Source: Candidatus Eiseniibacteriota bacterium (GTDB lineage Bacteria; Eisenbacteria; RBG-16-71-46). Taken from it: a stretch of DNA of 64,000 nt. The notes under the pieces are model-generated. The model did not search any database and was not told the DNA's origin. It worked only from the letters and a program-made list of their open reading frames with translations. Both the position numbers and the translations under genes were made by a program. The DNA is taken from NCBI GenBank assembly GCA_044223005.1, contig JBGAML010000009.1:96001-160000 (forward strand). Direction: 5' to 3'. This document shows positions 55,137 through 64,000 of this stretch, piece after piece (within the stretch, counting starts at the first letter, position 1; each line of letters begins with the position of its first letter).

Positions 55137-56066
55137 TCAGCGCCCTCCGCGGCCGCCGAGGCGGCCGAGCGCCACGCGCGCGAGGCGCAGCGGGTCGAAG
55201 TCCCAGCGCACGCTCTCGGCGGCGCAGCGCAGCGCGCGCACCGGGTCGTGCGTGCGGTCCATGAAGTCGCGCGCGAGACCCCACAGGCGCCGCGCGAGGA
55301 TGCGGCGGTAGACGCCACCCTCGCGCTGCGCGAGCGGGCGATGGTGCCGCGCGAACAGCTGCTCGTACGCCGCGAGCAGCCGCGGCCAGTTGGACGTGAT
55401 GCTGCCGGCGGTCTTGATGTAGCGGTAGAGCGCGCCCGGCGCATACACGGGCGAGAGCCCGGCCTGCAGCATGCGGATCGAGAGCTCCCAGTCCTCGTAC
55501 GTGCGGAACGCCGGATCGTAGCCGCCCAGCGCGAGCACCGTGTCGCGGCGCAGCAGCACCGTGCGTTCGACGAAGTTGCGTTCGAGCATCGCCGGCAGCC
55601 AGCCGCTCGTGGGCGGCGCCGGCAACTGCGTGCGGAACACCTCCTCGCCGGTGCCGTCCTCGGCGACGCGCACGATGTCGCTCACGCACCAGCACGAGCC
55701 CGGCACCGCGTCGACGGCGGCCTTCGCGAGCTCGATCGCGCGCGGGTCGAGTTCGTCGTCGGCGTCGAGCGGCACGACCCATTCGCCCCGCGCGGCGCGG
55801 AAGCCCGCGTTGCGCGCGCCCGAGAGCCCCGCGTTCGCCTGTCGCACGAGCACGATCCGCCCGCTCGCGGCGATGGCGTCGAGGATCTGCGGCGTGCGGC
55901 CGTCGCGCGAGCCGTCGTCCACGACCACGATCTCGAGCGGCCGCACCGTCTGCGCCTCGACCGACTTCAGCGAGCGCTCGACGAGCTCGCCGCAGTTGTA
56001 GGCGGGAATGCAGATGCTGACCGCGCCCGGGACGGGCGAGGGGCTCGAGCCGGCGGTCGCGCTCAT
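55137..56066 (-). CDS. Glycosyltransferase family 2
   Basis: IPAYN, VDDGS, NAGLSGARN, LDADD, YED. Confidence 0.9.
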   Translation of the reverse strand: MSATAGSSPSPVPGAVSICIPAYNCGELVERSLKSVEAQTVRPLEIVVVDDGSRDGRTPQILDAIAASGRIVLVRQANAGLSGARNAGFRAARGEWVVPLDADDELDPRAIELAKAAVDAVPGSCWCVSDIVRVAEDGTGEEVFRTQLPAPPTSGWLPAMLERNFVERTVLLRRDTVLALGGYDPAFRTYEDWELSIRMLQAGLSPVYAPGALYRYIKTAGSITSNWPRLLAAYEQLFARHHRPLAQREGGVYRRILARRLWGLARDFMDRTHDPVRALRCAAESVRWDFDPLRLARVALGRLGGRGGR

Positions 56067-57631
56067 GTGCGGCGGAACCTCGCGCCGAGCGCCTTCGCGC
56101 CGGGCAGCACGTTCCAGAGCCGCGCGATCTCGCGCGGCCCGAGCGTCGCCAGCAGCGAGCCGGCGAGCGCGAGCGCGCCGCCCAGGACGCCGCCGGCGAG
56201 CACGCCCGCGAGCGTGCCCTGGAACAGCGGGCGCGCGAACCAGAGGAGTACGAGGCCCGGCGCCGCGCCGGCGATCGCGAATGGCAGCGGGCGGTACACC
56301 TGCGCGACGGTCGGGAACGTCGGGTCGCCGCGCATGGCGAGCATCACCATGAGCAGATTCTTCACCGCGAGCGCGAAGCTGTTGCCGAGCGCGAAGCCCA
56401 GCGGCCCGAGCTTGAAGACCAGGGCCAGCACGAGGCTCAGCGACACGTTGAGCACGGCCACCACGATGTCGGCGGTCGCCACCCAGCCGATCTTGCCGCG
56501 CGCCGTGAGCGCCATGAACACGGGGCTCAGCGCGCCCTCGATCACGGCGGGGCCGAGCATCGCGATCAGGTACTTCGTCGAATCGCGGTACTCCGGCCCG
56601 ACCCAGCGCAGGAGGAAGAGATCGCCCACGACGCAGGGCGTGAAGCACATGGGCACCGACACCGCCGTCATCACCGCCACCGTGCGGAGCAGCGCCTGGC
56701 GGCTGCGATCACTCTCGCCCTTGGCCTCGAGCATGGTGAAGAAGGGCGTCAGCCCGGAGGTGAGCGCGAACAGCAGCCCGAGCACGATCGGTGTCCACCG
56801 AACGCCCAGCGAGTAGTGCGTGATCGCCGTGGGGCCGAACAGCCGCCCGATGAACAGGTTGTCGGCCGCCACGTAGAGCAGGATCGCGATCTGCGACACC
56901 AGCGCCATGCCGCCGTAGCGGAACAGTTCGCCGCGGATCTCCGGCGTGCCGACGCTGAAGCGGGGGATCACCGCGCCCACCGTGCCGCGGCGCTGGCCGA
57001 CGATGGCGGTGGTGAGCATGCCGACGAGTTCGGTGGCGACGAGCGCACCCGCGTAGACCGGCAGGCTCGAGCGGAAGAACGTGAGCGCGGCGAACACGAA
57101 CGCCATGCGGATCCAGCCCTGCGCGATCTGGATGCGCGAGAGCGCGGCGACGCGGCCGGTCACGTAGATCGGCACCGCGAGCACGATCGCGAGGTCCGTG
57201 ATCACCGCGGCGAGGATCTGCAGCGCGACGCCGAGCGAGGCCTCGGGCCGGAGCGCGCGGTCGAGGTGCAGGTAGGCGGTGATCGGCCACGCGAGCGCGA
57301 GGCCGAGCAGCAGAACGAGCGTGCGCAGCAGCATCGTGAGCCAGAAGCCGGCCGCGTAGTACTGGCGCGCCTTCTCGTGCTCGCCCGCGTGGTGATTGAG
57401 CGTCACGTAGCGCTGCATCGCGGCGCCGACGCCGCCGCGCACGAGCGAGAGGTAGTCGTAGAGCGAGCCGATCACCACGACGACGCCGTAGATCTGCGCC
57501 GTGAGGTGCCGCAGCACGAACGGCGTCAGGATCAGCGCGACGACGAGGATCGAGAGGCGCGCGCCGACGGCCGTGATGGCGTTGCGGGAGGCGTGCGAGG
57601 CGAGGCTCTTGCTCGCCGGCGGCTCGCTCAT
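56063..57631 (-). CDS. Oligosaccharide flippase (Wzx/MOP family)
   Basis: About 12-14 TM helices, LTPF..L..YG, DNLFIG, FLLRWVG; upstream of GTs. Confidence 0.82.
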   Translation of the reverse strand: MSEPPASKSLASHASRNAITAVGARLSILVVALILTPFVLRHLTAQIYGVVVVIGSLYDYLSLVRGGVGAAMQRYVTLNHHAGEHEKARQYYAAGFWLTMLLRTLVLLLGLALAWPITAYLHLDRALRPEASLGVALQILAAVITDLAIVLAVPIYVTGRVAALSRIQIAQGWIRMAFVFAALTFFRSSLPVYAGALVATELVGMLTTAIVGQRRGTVGAVIPRFSVGTPEIRGELFRYGGMALVSQIAILLYVAADNLFIGRLFGPTAITHYSLGVRWTPIVLGLLFALTSGLTPFFTMLEAKGESDRSRQALLRTVAVMTAVSVPMCFTPCVVGDLFLLRWVGPEYRDSTKYLIAMLGPAVIEGALSPVFMALTARGKIGWVATADIVVAVLNVSLSLVLALVFKLGPLGFALGNSFALAVKNLLMVMLAMRGDPTFPTVAQVYRPLPFAIAGAAPGLVLLWFARPLFQGTLAGVLAGGVLGGALALAGSLLATLGPREIARLWNVLPGAKALGARFRRT

Positions 57632-57852
57632 CGTGGCTGGAGGCTCCCGTCCCGGAAGCGCCGCGGGTGCGGCGGGTAGGTGGACCGCGCGAAGCTCTTG
57701 CGGACTCGTCGGCCCGTGGCGTCGGGCGGTGTTCGCGGGCTCCGTTCCATGGAGCGGGGCAGAGCAAAGCCGAGAGCCCGTGCAGTGTCAACGCCGCCGG
57801 GAGTTATCGGCCGGATGGGTCCGCGGGTTCGGCCCCGTCGCGGCAGGCCCGC

Positions 57853-59022
57853 TCAGCGGGCCCGGCGGCCGCTTTCGCGCCAGAGCCGCATGAACACCGG
57901 GAACGCCCGCAGCCGGTCGCGCCGGAACGGCGAGGAGACCAGCTCGATCACGAGCCACGCGCCGTAGACCCAGCACAGTTCCTCGCGCCACGTCGGGTGC
58001 AGGAACTGCGCGAACCAGAGCGCGAAGAGGCCGAGCGCCTCGTAGGCCGCGAAGTTGAAGTTGGAGAGGATCACCACGCCGAGGATGCCCTGCAGCAGCG
58101 TCAGCACGAGCTCGACGCGATGGGTCGCGAGCGGCACCGAGGCGGGATGCCCGAGCGAGAGCGAGTAGACGATCGGGATCATCGCGGCGAGCACGGTCCA
58201 CTGGTTGATGTTGCTCGACGCCATGTTCATGAGCGCCATGCCCGCCTTGTCCCGGCCGCGCGCCCAGTAGGTCGTCGTGACGAACTCGGGGAACTCCGAC
58301 AGGAACGGCGCGACCCACTGGACGAACACGAACTGCGAGACGCCGAGCACCGTGGCGAGCCCGATCATGCTGGCGAGGAACGGCGTCGCGGCGAACCACA
58401 GCAGCACGGCACCGCCGACGAAGAGCACGACGATCGCGAGCACGCGCCACGGCGCCGGCAGCCCGACGATCGTGCGCGGCACCCATTCCGCGTCGCCGAC
58501 GTCCTCCGATTCGCGCGGCGGGATCCGCTGCAACAGGGCGAGGTAGGCGCCGTAGAGCGCCAGCAGCACGGCCGCGTCGACGAGCCCCAGCGAGCCCTTC
58601 GCGATCACGAAGGCGAAGTAGGCGAGCGCGGGGACGAGCCCGACGACTTCGACCGCGTGCTCCTCGTCGAGTTCGATGCGCGTGAAGAAGCCGCGCTCGC
58701 CGCGCGCGCGGCGGGCGAGGGCGAAGACCGTCCAGATGACCGGCCAGCCGAGGCCCGTGAGCAGGCGCAGGGCGCCCGTGAAGTTGGCCGTCATGAGCGG
58801 CACGTCCTGCTGCCACGCGATCGCGGCCTCGACGGCGAACTCGGGCAGCACCTGCACCCACGCGAGCACCGCGAGCGCCAGGCCCTGCGAGACGTAGAAC
58901 TGCGCGGCCTCGGCGGCCCATGCGACGATGAAGGCGCTCGAGAGGATCGACGGGAACGTCCACACCGCGGATGTGGCGGCGCGGCGCGCGTCCTCGGGCG
59001 AGAGATCCGAGCCGGGGATCAT
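57853..59022 (-). CDS. Ca2+/cation antiporter (CaCA) family protein
   Basis: Alpha-repeat-like QVLPEFAVE..ANFTG and PFLSEFPE..NMASSNINQW; multi-TM. Confidence 0.78.
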   Translation of the reverse strand: MIPGSDLSPEDARRAATSAVWTFPSILSSAFIVAWAAEAAQFYVSQGLALAVLAWVQVLPEFAVEAAIAWQQDVPLMTANFTGALRLLTGLGWPVIWTVFALARRARGERGFFTRIELDEEHAVEVVGLVPALAYFAFVIAKGSLGLVDAAVLLALYGAYLALLQRIPPRESEDVGDAEWVPRTIVGLPAPWRVLAIVVLFVGGAVLLWFAATPFLASMIGLATVLGVSQFVFVQWVAPFLSEFPEFVTTTYWARGRDKAGMALMNMASSNINQWTVLAAMIPIVYSLSLGHPASVPLATHRVELVLTLLQGILGVVILSNFNFAAYEALGLFALWFAQFLHPTWREELCWVYGAWLVIELVSSPFRRDRLRAFPVFMRLWRESGRRAR

Positions 59023-59133
59023 GCCCGGGGATCGCTCGCGTGCGGGCGGCGGGCTCGGTTCGGGGTCACGGGCACCTCGCGCTCTCCGTCGGGGTTGCGG
59101 AAGGATCGAACGCGCCGATAGTGTGCGAGCCCC

Positions 59134-59772
59134 ATGACAGCGTCAAGATCCGCACTCCCGCCCGCGCTGCGCGCGCTCTGCACGTTCGCCGGCGCGATGG
59201 CGCTCGCGCGCGAGGCCGAGGCCACGCGCGCACTCGCCGCCGCACGTGCGGCCGGCGCGACGCGCGCGCAGGCCGAGGAGTGCGCGCTGATGCTCATGCT
59301 CTACGCCGGCTACCCGGCCGCGCTCGAGGGCCTGCGCGTGCTGAACGCCGCGTGGCCCGGCCGCGCGCGTGCCCGCGACGCGGGCGATCCGCGACGCTGG
59401 CGTGCCGCGGGCGAGCGGCTGTGCGCGCGCGTCTACGGGCCCGCGTACGCGCGGCTCGTGCCCGCGGTCGCAGCGCTGCACCCGGATCTCGCGACGTGGA
59501 TGCTCGAGCACGGCTACGGCCGCGTCCTGTCGCGGCGCGGACTCGGTGCGCGCGAGCGCGAACTGCTCACGGTCGCCGCGCTCTCGGCGCTCGCGTGGCC
59601 GCGCCAGCGCGTGAGCCACCTGCTCGGCGCGCTGCGCGTGGGGGCATCGCCCGCGGCGGTCGAGGCCGCCATGCTCGCGGGCGCCCGCGCGGCCGGCCCG
59701 GCGGCGGTCGCGGCGGCCCGGGCGGAGTGGAAGCGGCTCCGGGCGACCGGGGCGCGTGCCCGCACCGGTTGA
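59134..59772 (+). CDS. Carboxymuconolactone decarboxylase (CMD/AhpD-like) protein
   Basis: LYAGYPAA, EHGYGRVLSR.GL..RERELLTVAAL, HLLGALRVGAS. Confidence 0.78.
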   Translation: MTASRSALPPALRALCTFAGAMALAREAEATRALAAARAAGATRAQAEECALMLMLYAGYPAALEGLRVLNAAWPGRARARDAGDPRRWRAAGERLCARVYGPAYARLVPAVAALHPDLATWMLEHGYGRVLSRRGLGARERELLTVAALSALAWPRQRVSHLLGALRVGASPAAVEAAMLAGARAAGPAAVAAARAEWKRLRATGARARTG

Positions 59773-59842
59773 GTCCGCTCCCGCGCCGGCGGGCCGTTCC
59801 GCATCCCCGGAGCGCGACCGGCATCGCAAGGTGTCCGCGCCG

Positions 59843-59871
59843 TTGACCCTGCGGGAACGCCCTCCTAGGAT
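59843..59871 (+). promoter_or_regulatory. sigma70-type promoter for bsh operon
   Basis: TTGACC-17 nt-TAGGAT. Confidence 0.6.
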
Positions 59872-59925
59872 GCTTGCGCTCATGCCCTGTCCCGAAGCCG
59901 ACTGTCCTGCCTGCCACGTGGTCGC

Positions 59926-61581
59926 GTGGACGACTCGCTCGCGCTCGACGCCCGTGCCGCGGTGACGCCCGCCGCCCTGCGCGTCCTCGCGCGCGTCGCC
60001 GGACGCGCCGAGGCTCCTTTCGACCTGCTCCGCGATCCGGTCACCGCCGACCTGCTGGCGGGAGGGCCGGTCGCGCGCGAGCGGTTCGTCGGCCGCTGGA
60101 CCCAGGACGACGCCCTGCGCGCGCTCGTCGACGCCAAGCGCGCGCCGCTGCCCGAACCGCTCGCGCGCGAGCTCGCCGACTACCATCGCCGCCTCGGCGC
60201 CTCGCCGGCGTCGCTCGCCGCTCTCGATCGGCTCGCGCGCGGCGAGGCCGTCGCCTCGGTCGCGGGCCAGCAGCCCGCGCCACTCGGCGGCCCGCTCTAT
60301 TCGCTGCACAAGACGGCCTCGGCCTGCGGCATCGCCGCCGCGGTCAGCGCGCGTACCGGCGCGCCGTGCGTGCCGCTCTTCTGGATGCACGGCGAGGATT
60401 CGGACTTCGCCGAGATCCGTCACGCGTCCGTCGCGGACGCCGCGTGGGTGGTGCACGACCTCGCGCTGCCCGACGACGCGCACGCCGACGGCGGCATGGT
60501 CGGGCACGTGCCGGTCGCGCCGCTGCGCGCGCTCGCGGACGCCGCGCTCGCACACTGGGACGGCCTCGCCGGCCGCGCGGACGTCGCGGCTCTGCTCGAG
60601 CGCGCACTCGCGCCGGCGCGCGACCTCGGCGAGGCGACGAGCGCGCTGCTGCTCGCGCTCTTCGCGGACCAGGGCCTCGTCGTGATCGACCCGCGCCTGC
60701 CGGCCTTCCGCGCCGCGGCGCGCACGGTGATCGACCGCTATCTCGCGAACGCCGATGCGCTGCAGGCCGCGGCGCGCGCGGCGGGGGACCGGCTGCAGTC
60801 GCTCGCGGGCCGGCGGCCGCTGTCGGACGCCTCGCTCGAATCGTTCGTGTTCGAGGTGCGCGACGGCCGCCGGCACAAGCTCGCCGCCGCCGAGGCCCGG
60901 GCGGCCGGCCTCGTGCTGAGCCCCAGCGTGGCGCTGCGGCCGGCCGTGCAGGACGGCGTGTTCCCGACCGTCGCGATGGCCGTCGGGCCCGGCGAGATCG
61001 CCTACCTCGCGCAGCTGCGCGAGGTGTTCGAGGGCGTCGGCGTGAAGCCCGCGCTGCTCGTGCCGCGCTTCGGCGCCACGTGGCTGCCCGCCGAGGGCTT
61101 GACGCTCGCCGCGGCCGCGGGAGCGGAGCCGTGGAGCGTCGTCGCAGGTGCCGACGCGGTGCTCGCGCGCGTCGCGGACGCGCGCATCCCGGCCGACCTG
61201 CGCGACGGGCTCGAACGCGCGCGCACCGCGGCGCTGGAGGGGCTCGCGAGCTTCTCCGAGGCGTCGCGGGCGCTCGATCCCAGCCTGCCGCAGATGGTCG
61301 AGTCGGCGCGCGGCAAGGTGGACTTCCAGTTCTCTCGCCTGCACGAAGGGCTCGCGGGCAAGGCGCGCGCGCGGCTCGACCGCGATCATCCGGCGTGGCG
61401 GCGGCTGCGTTACGTGCTGCTGCCCGGCGACAAGCTGCAGGAGCGCCGCATGGCTTCGCTCGAGCCGGTGGCGCGCGCGGGGCTGCGAACCGTCACGGGT
61501 CTCGCGCCCCTCGCGGCCGAGCACGCGCTCGCCGCCGCGCGCGGCGTGCACGAACACCACGTCCTGGAGCTCGGCGCATGA
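59926..61581 (+). CDS. bshC: Bacillithiol biosynthesis cysteine-adding enzyme
   Basis: AGQQ..GGPLYSLHK, FWMHGEDSD, SPSVALRPAVQD, GPGEIAY, LQER. Confidence 0.88.
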   Translation: MDDSLALDARAAVTPAALRVLARVAGRAEAPFDLLRDPVTADLLAGGPVARERFVGRWTQDDALRALVDAKRAPLPEPLARELADYHRRLGASPASLAALDRLARGEAVASVAGQQPAPLGGPLYSLHKTASACGIAAAVSARTGAPCVPLFWMHGEDSDFAEIRHASVADAAWVVHDLALPDDAHADGGMVGHVPVAPLRALADAALAHWDGLAGRADVAALLERALAPARDLGEATSALLLALFADQGLVVIDPRLPAFRAAARTVIDRYLANADALQAAARAAGDRLQSLAGRRPLSDASLESFVFEVRDGRRHKLAAAEARAAGLVLSPSVALRPAVQDGVFPTVAMAVGPGEIAYLAQLREVFEGVGVKPALLVPRFGATWLPAEGLTLAAAAGAEPWSVVAGADAVLARVADARIPADLRDGLERARTAALEGLASFSEASRALDPSLPQMVESARGKVDFQFSRLHEGLAGKARARLDRDHPAWRRLRYVLLPGDKLQERRMASLEPVARAGLRTVTGLAPLAAEHALAAARGVHEHHVLELGA

Positions 61582-62291
61582 GTGATGCCCTCTTCTTCGG
61601 CGCGCATCCCGACGACGTCGAACTGACGAGCGGCGGCCTCGCGGCGCTGCTGGCCGAGCAGGGCCACGCGGTCGCGATCGCCGACTTCACGCGCGGCGAG
61701 ATGGGCACGCGCGGCGACGTCGCCACGCGCACGCGCGAGGCCGAGGCGGCCGCGCGCGAGCTCGGCGTCGCGTCGCGCGAGTGCCTCGACCTGCCGGACT
61801 GCGGCCTCGATCGCGCGGACCGCGCGCAGCTGGTCGCCGTGGTGCGCTGCCTGCGCCGCCACCGTCCGGCGCTCGTGGTCGCGCCCGACGCCGACGACGC
61901 GCATCCCGACCACGTCGAGGCCGCGCACCTGGTCGCGCGTGCCTGCTACCTGTCCGGACTCGCGCGCTACCCGGCCGAGGGCGAGCGCTTCCGGCCCGCG
62001 CGGCTGCTGCACGCGATCTACCGCGCCGGGGTGCGGCCGCACCTGGTCGTCGACGTGACGCCGGTATGGGAGAAGCGCATGGCGGCGCTGCGCGCGCACC
62101 GCAGCCAGCTCGATCCGGCGGCCGGTCCGTCCACGTACCTCACCGCGCCCGGTTTCCTCGCCGAGGTCGAAGGCCGCGGCCGCGCGCTCGGTGCGCTCGC
62201 CGGCGGCACGTTCGGCGAGGGCTATCGCTCGCGGGGGCCGCTCGCCGTCACCGACGTCCGCCTGCTGCTCACCGGAGGACCTCACGCATGA
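61578..62291 (+). CDS. bshB1: GlcNAc-malate deacetylase (PIG-L family)
   Basis: GAHPDDVE, TRGEMGTRG, HPDH, HRSQ; lies between bshC and bshA. Confidence 0.88.
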   Translation: MSDALFFGAHPDDVELTSGGLAALLAEQGHAVAIADFTRGEMGTRGDVATRTREAEAAARELGVASRECLDLPDCGLDRADRAQLVAVVRCLRRHRPALVVAPDADDAHPDHVEAAHLVARACYLSGLARYPAEGERFRPARLLHAIYRAGVRPHLVVDVTPVWEKRMAALRAHRSQLDPAAGPSTYLTAPGFLAEVEGRGRALGALAGGTFGEGYRSRGPLAVTDVRLLLTGGPHA

Positions 62292-63469
62292 CGCCGTCCC
62301 GCACGCCGAAAGCCGCGGTCGCACCGGCGAAGAAGCGCCGCACGCTCCGCCGGCGCAAGCAGCGCATCGGCATCAGCTGCTACGCGCACTTCGGCGGCAG
62401 CGGCGTGGTCGCGAGCGAGCTCGCGCTGGAACTCGCGCACCGCGGCTTCGAGGTGCACCTGATCGCGTCGCGGCTGCCCTTCCGCCTGCGCAGCTTCGAG
62501 TCGAACATCTTCTTCCACGAATCCTCGCCCGCGTTCTACCCGGTGTTCGAAGACGCGCCGTCCAACCTGGCGCTCGCGACCAAGATGGTCGAGGTGGTGG
62601 AGAACTACTCGCTCGACGTGCTGCACGTGCACTACGCGATGCCGTTCGCGACGAGCGCCTACCTCGCGCGCCAGATCATGCTGCCGCGCCACCTCGGCGT
62701 GGTCACGACGCTGCACGGCACCGACATCACGGTCGTCGGCGCGGAGCCGTCGTTCTTCCGCGTCACCCAGTTCAGCATCCAGTCCAGCGACCGCATCACA
62801 TCGGTGAGCCGGTTCCTCAAGGAACGGGCGGAATCCACGTTCGGCATCACCCGGCCGATCGACGTGATCTACAACTTCGTCGACCCCAACGTGTTCTCCC
62901 CGCAGAAACACGGCCGGATGCGCCTGGCCGGACCCGACACCAAGGTCCTGATGCACGCGTCCAACTTCCGTCCGGTCAAGAACATACCGGCCGTCATCCA
63001 GACGTTCGCCGAGGTCCGGGCCCAGATGCGGGCCAAGCTGGTCATGGTCGGGGACGGCCCCGAGAAGGCGGGGGCCGAGCAGCTGGCCCGCGAGCTCGGG
63101 GTGCACCGGGACGTGCTTTTCCTCGGAAACCAGGACTGCATGGAGGAATTGCTCCCGCTGGCCGATGTATTCCTATTGCCGAGCTCCACGGAGAGTTTCG
63201 GGCTGGTGGCCCTCGAGGCGATGTGCGCGGAAGTGCCGGTCGTCGCCTCGAATGCGGGTGGCCTGCCCGAGGTCGTGGAGCACGGTTTCACCGGTTTCCT
63301 GCACGACCCCGGCAACGTCGCCGGCTACGTCCAGTCCGTGCTGAAGCTGCTCGGCAACGAGTCGCTCCGGCGGACCATGGGCCGCCGAGGGCGCCGGATC
63401 GCCCGTGAACGCTTCACCGCGGACGAGATGGTCGGGCGTTACGTCAAGGTATACGAGTCGTTGCGCTAG
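62288..63469 (+). CDS. bshA: GlcNAc-malate synthase (GT4)
   Basis: FGGSGVVA, HVHYAMP, TTLHGTDIT, HASNFRPVK, ESFGLVALEAM. Confidence 0.92.
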   Translation: MTPSRTPKAAVAPAKKRRTLRRRKQRIGISCYAHFGGSGVVASELALELAHRGFEVHLIASRLPFRLRSFESNIFFHESSPAFYPVFEDAPSNLALATKMVEVVENYSLDVLHVHYAMPFATSAYLARQIMLPRHLGVVTTLHGTDITVVGAEPSFFRVTQFSIQSSDRITSVSRFLKERAESTFGITRPIDVIYNFVDPNVFSPQKHGRMRLAGPDTKVLMHASNFRPVKNIPAVIQTFAEVRAQMRAKLVMVGDGPEKAGAEQLARELGVHRDVLFLGNQDCMEELLPLADVFLLPSSTESFGLVALEAMCAEVPVVASNAGGLPEVVEHGFTGFLHDPGNVAGYVQSVLKLLGNESLRRTMGRRGRRIARERFTADEMVGRYVKVYESLR

Positions 63470-63537
63470 CCTCGGCCCGCGGTCGCGGGCGGACGCAGCG
63501 ACCGTGGTTCGACCTCGAGGCTGATCGAAAGGTCCGG

Positions 63538-64000
63538 ATGCTCGGGAAGCGCAGACGCCTGGCCGTGCTGGCCGAAGGGAACTTCAACGCGACCGACGCG
63601 AAGACCGCCGTCGGCGTGCTGCGGTATCGCCCGGAGGAAGTCGTCGCCGTCATCGATTCGACCCGCGCGGGGCGCACGGCTCAGTCGTGCGCGGGCGTCG
63701 GCGGCGAAGTGCCCGTCGTCGCGAACCTCGAAGCCGCGTCGCAGTACGACGCAGACACGCTGCTGATCGGCATCGCGCCGCAGGGCGGCGCACTGCCGGC
63801 CTCCTGGCGCGGCGTGGTCGCCGAGGCGCTGCTGCGCGGCTGGGACGTGATCGCCGGGCTGCACGCGTTCCTGGGCGACGACGCCGAACTTGCCGCACTC
63901 GCCGAATCGCAGCGCTGCCAGATCCACGACCTGCGCCGCCCGCCGGCGCGCCGCCCGATCGCCGCGCGCCGCGCGGCGGGGCTGGACGCGCTCGTGGCGC
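63538..64000 (+). CDS. DUF1611 family protein (3' truncated; absent from ORF track)
   Basis: My translation: MLGKRRRLAVLAEG..AKTAVGVLRY..AVIDS..IGIAPQGG..GLHAFL..IHDLRRP; GAAAGG RBS. Confidence 0.82.
   Translation, partial: MLGKRRRLAVLAEGNFNATDAKTAVGVLRYRPEEVVAVIDSTRAGRTAQSCAGVGGEVPVVANLEAASQYDADTLLIGIAPQGGALPASWRGVVAEALLRGWDVIAGLHAFLGDDAELAALAESQRCQIHDLRRPPARRPIAARRAAGLDALVA

Noticed and set aside
63110..63200. AT-richer patch inside bshA as an internal promoter
   Set aside because: No correctly spaced -35/-10 pair found; insufficient support.
61578..63469. Mycothiol genes mshA/mshB
   Set aside because: Adjacent bshC and BshA-specific motifs (HVHYA.P, TTLHGTDIT, SNFRPVK) indicate bacillithiol.

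Overview
Very GC-rich bacterial chromosomal window from a diderm (Gram-negative) organism. It is densely coding, with about 53 protein genes and one tRNA-Leu(GAG). I found no rRNA, CRISPR array, integrase or transposase. T9SS-type C-terminal domains, three PorV-family barrels, a GWxTD-family protein and a bacillithiol operon suggest an FCB-superphylum lineage such as Ca. Eisenbacteria; this is inference only. Gene order: TonB-dependent receptor / large CTD protein / PorV / GWxTD module; pfkA-gap-pgk-tpiA-secG-tRNA-Leu; TlpA; tolQRAB-pal-cpoB plus an Omp85 barrel; a mixed operon (EndoIV-like, FAD oxidoreductase, MBL hydrolase, gamma-CA/DinB fusion, moaB, dcd); two more PorV-like barrels and a small OMP; orphan nuoI; hsp20-dnaK behind a sigma54-type promoter; glycosyltransferases; an ABC permease/M1 peptidase fusion; an ECF sigma; uppP; gltA; a flippase-GT locus; bshC-bshB1-bshA. 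The most striking gene (49165..53595, minus) encodes a secreted protein of about 1476 aa. It fuses a PQQ-type sugar dehydrogenase propeller, PKD/Ig modules, a five-CxxCH cytochrome c domain and a T9SS-like sorting domain, making it a candidate extracellular sugar-oxidising electron-transfer enzyme. All product calls come from motif recognition by eye; no database searches were run.
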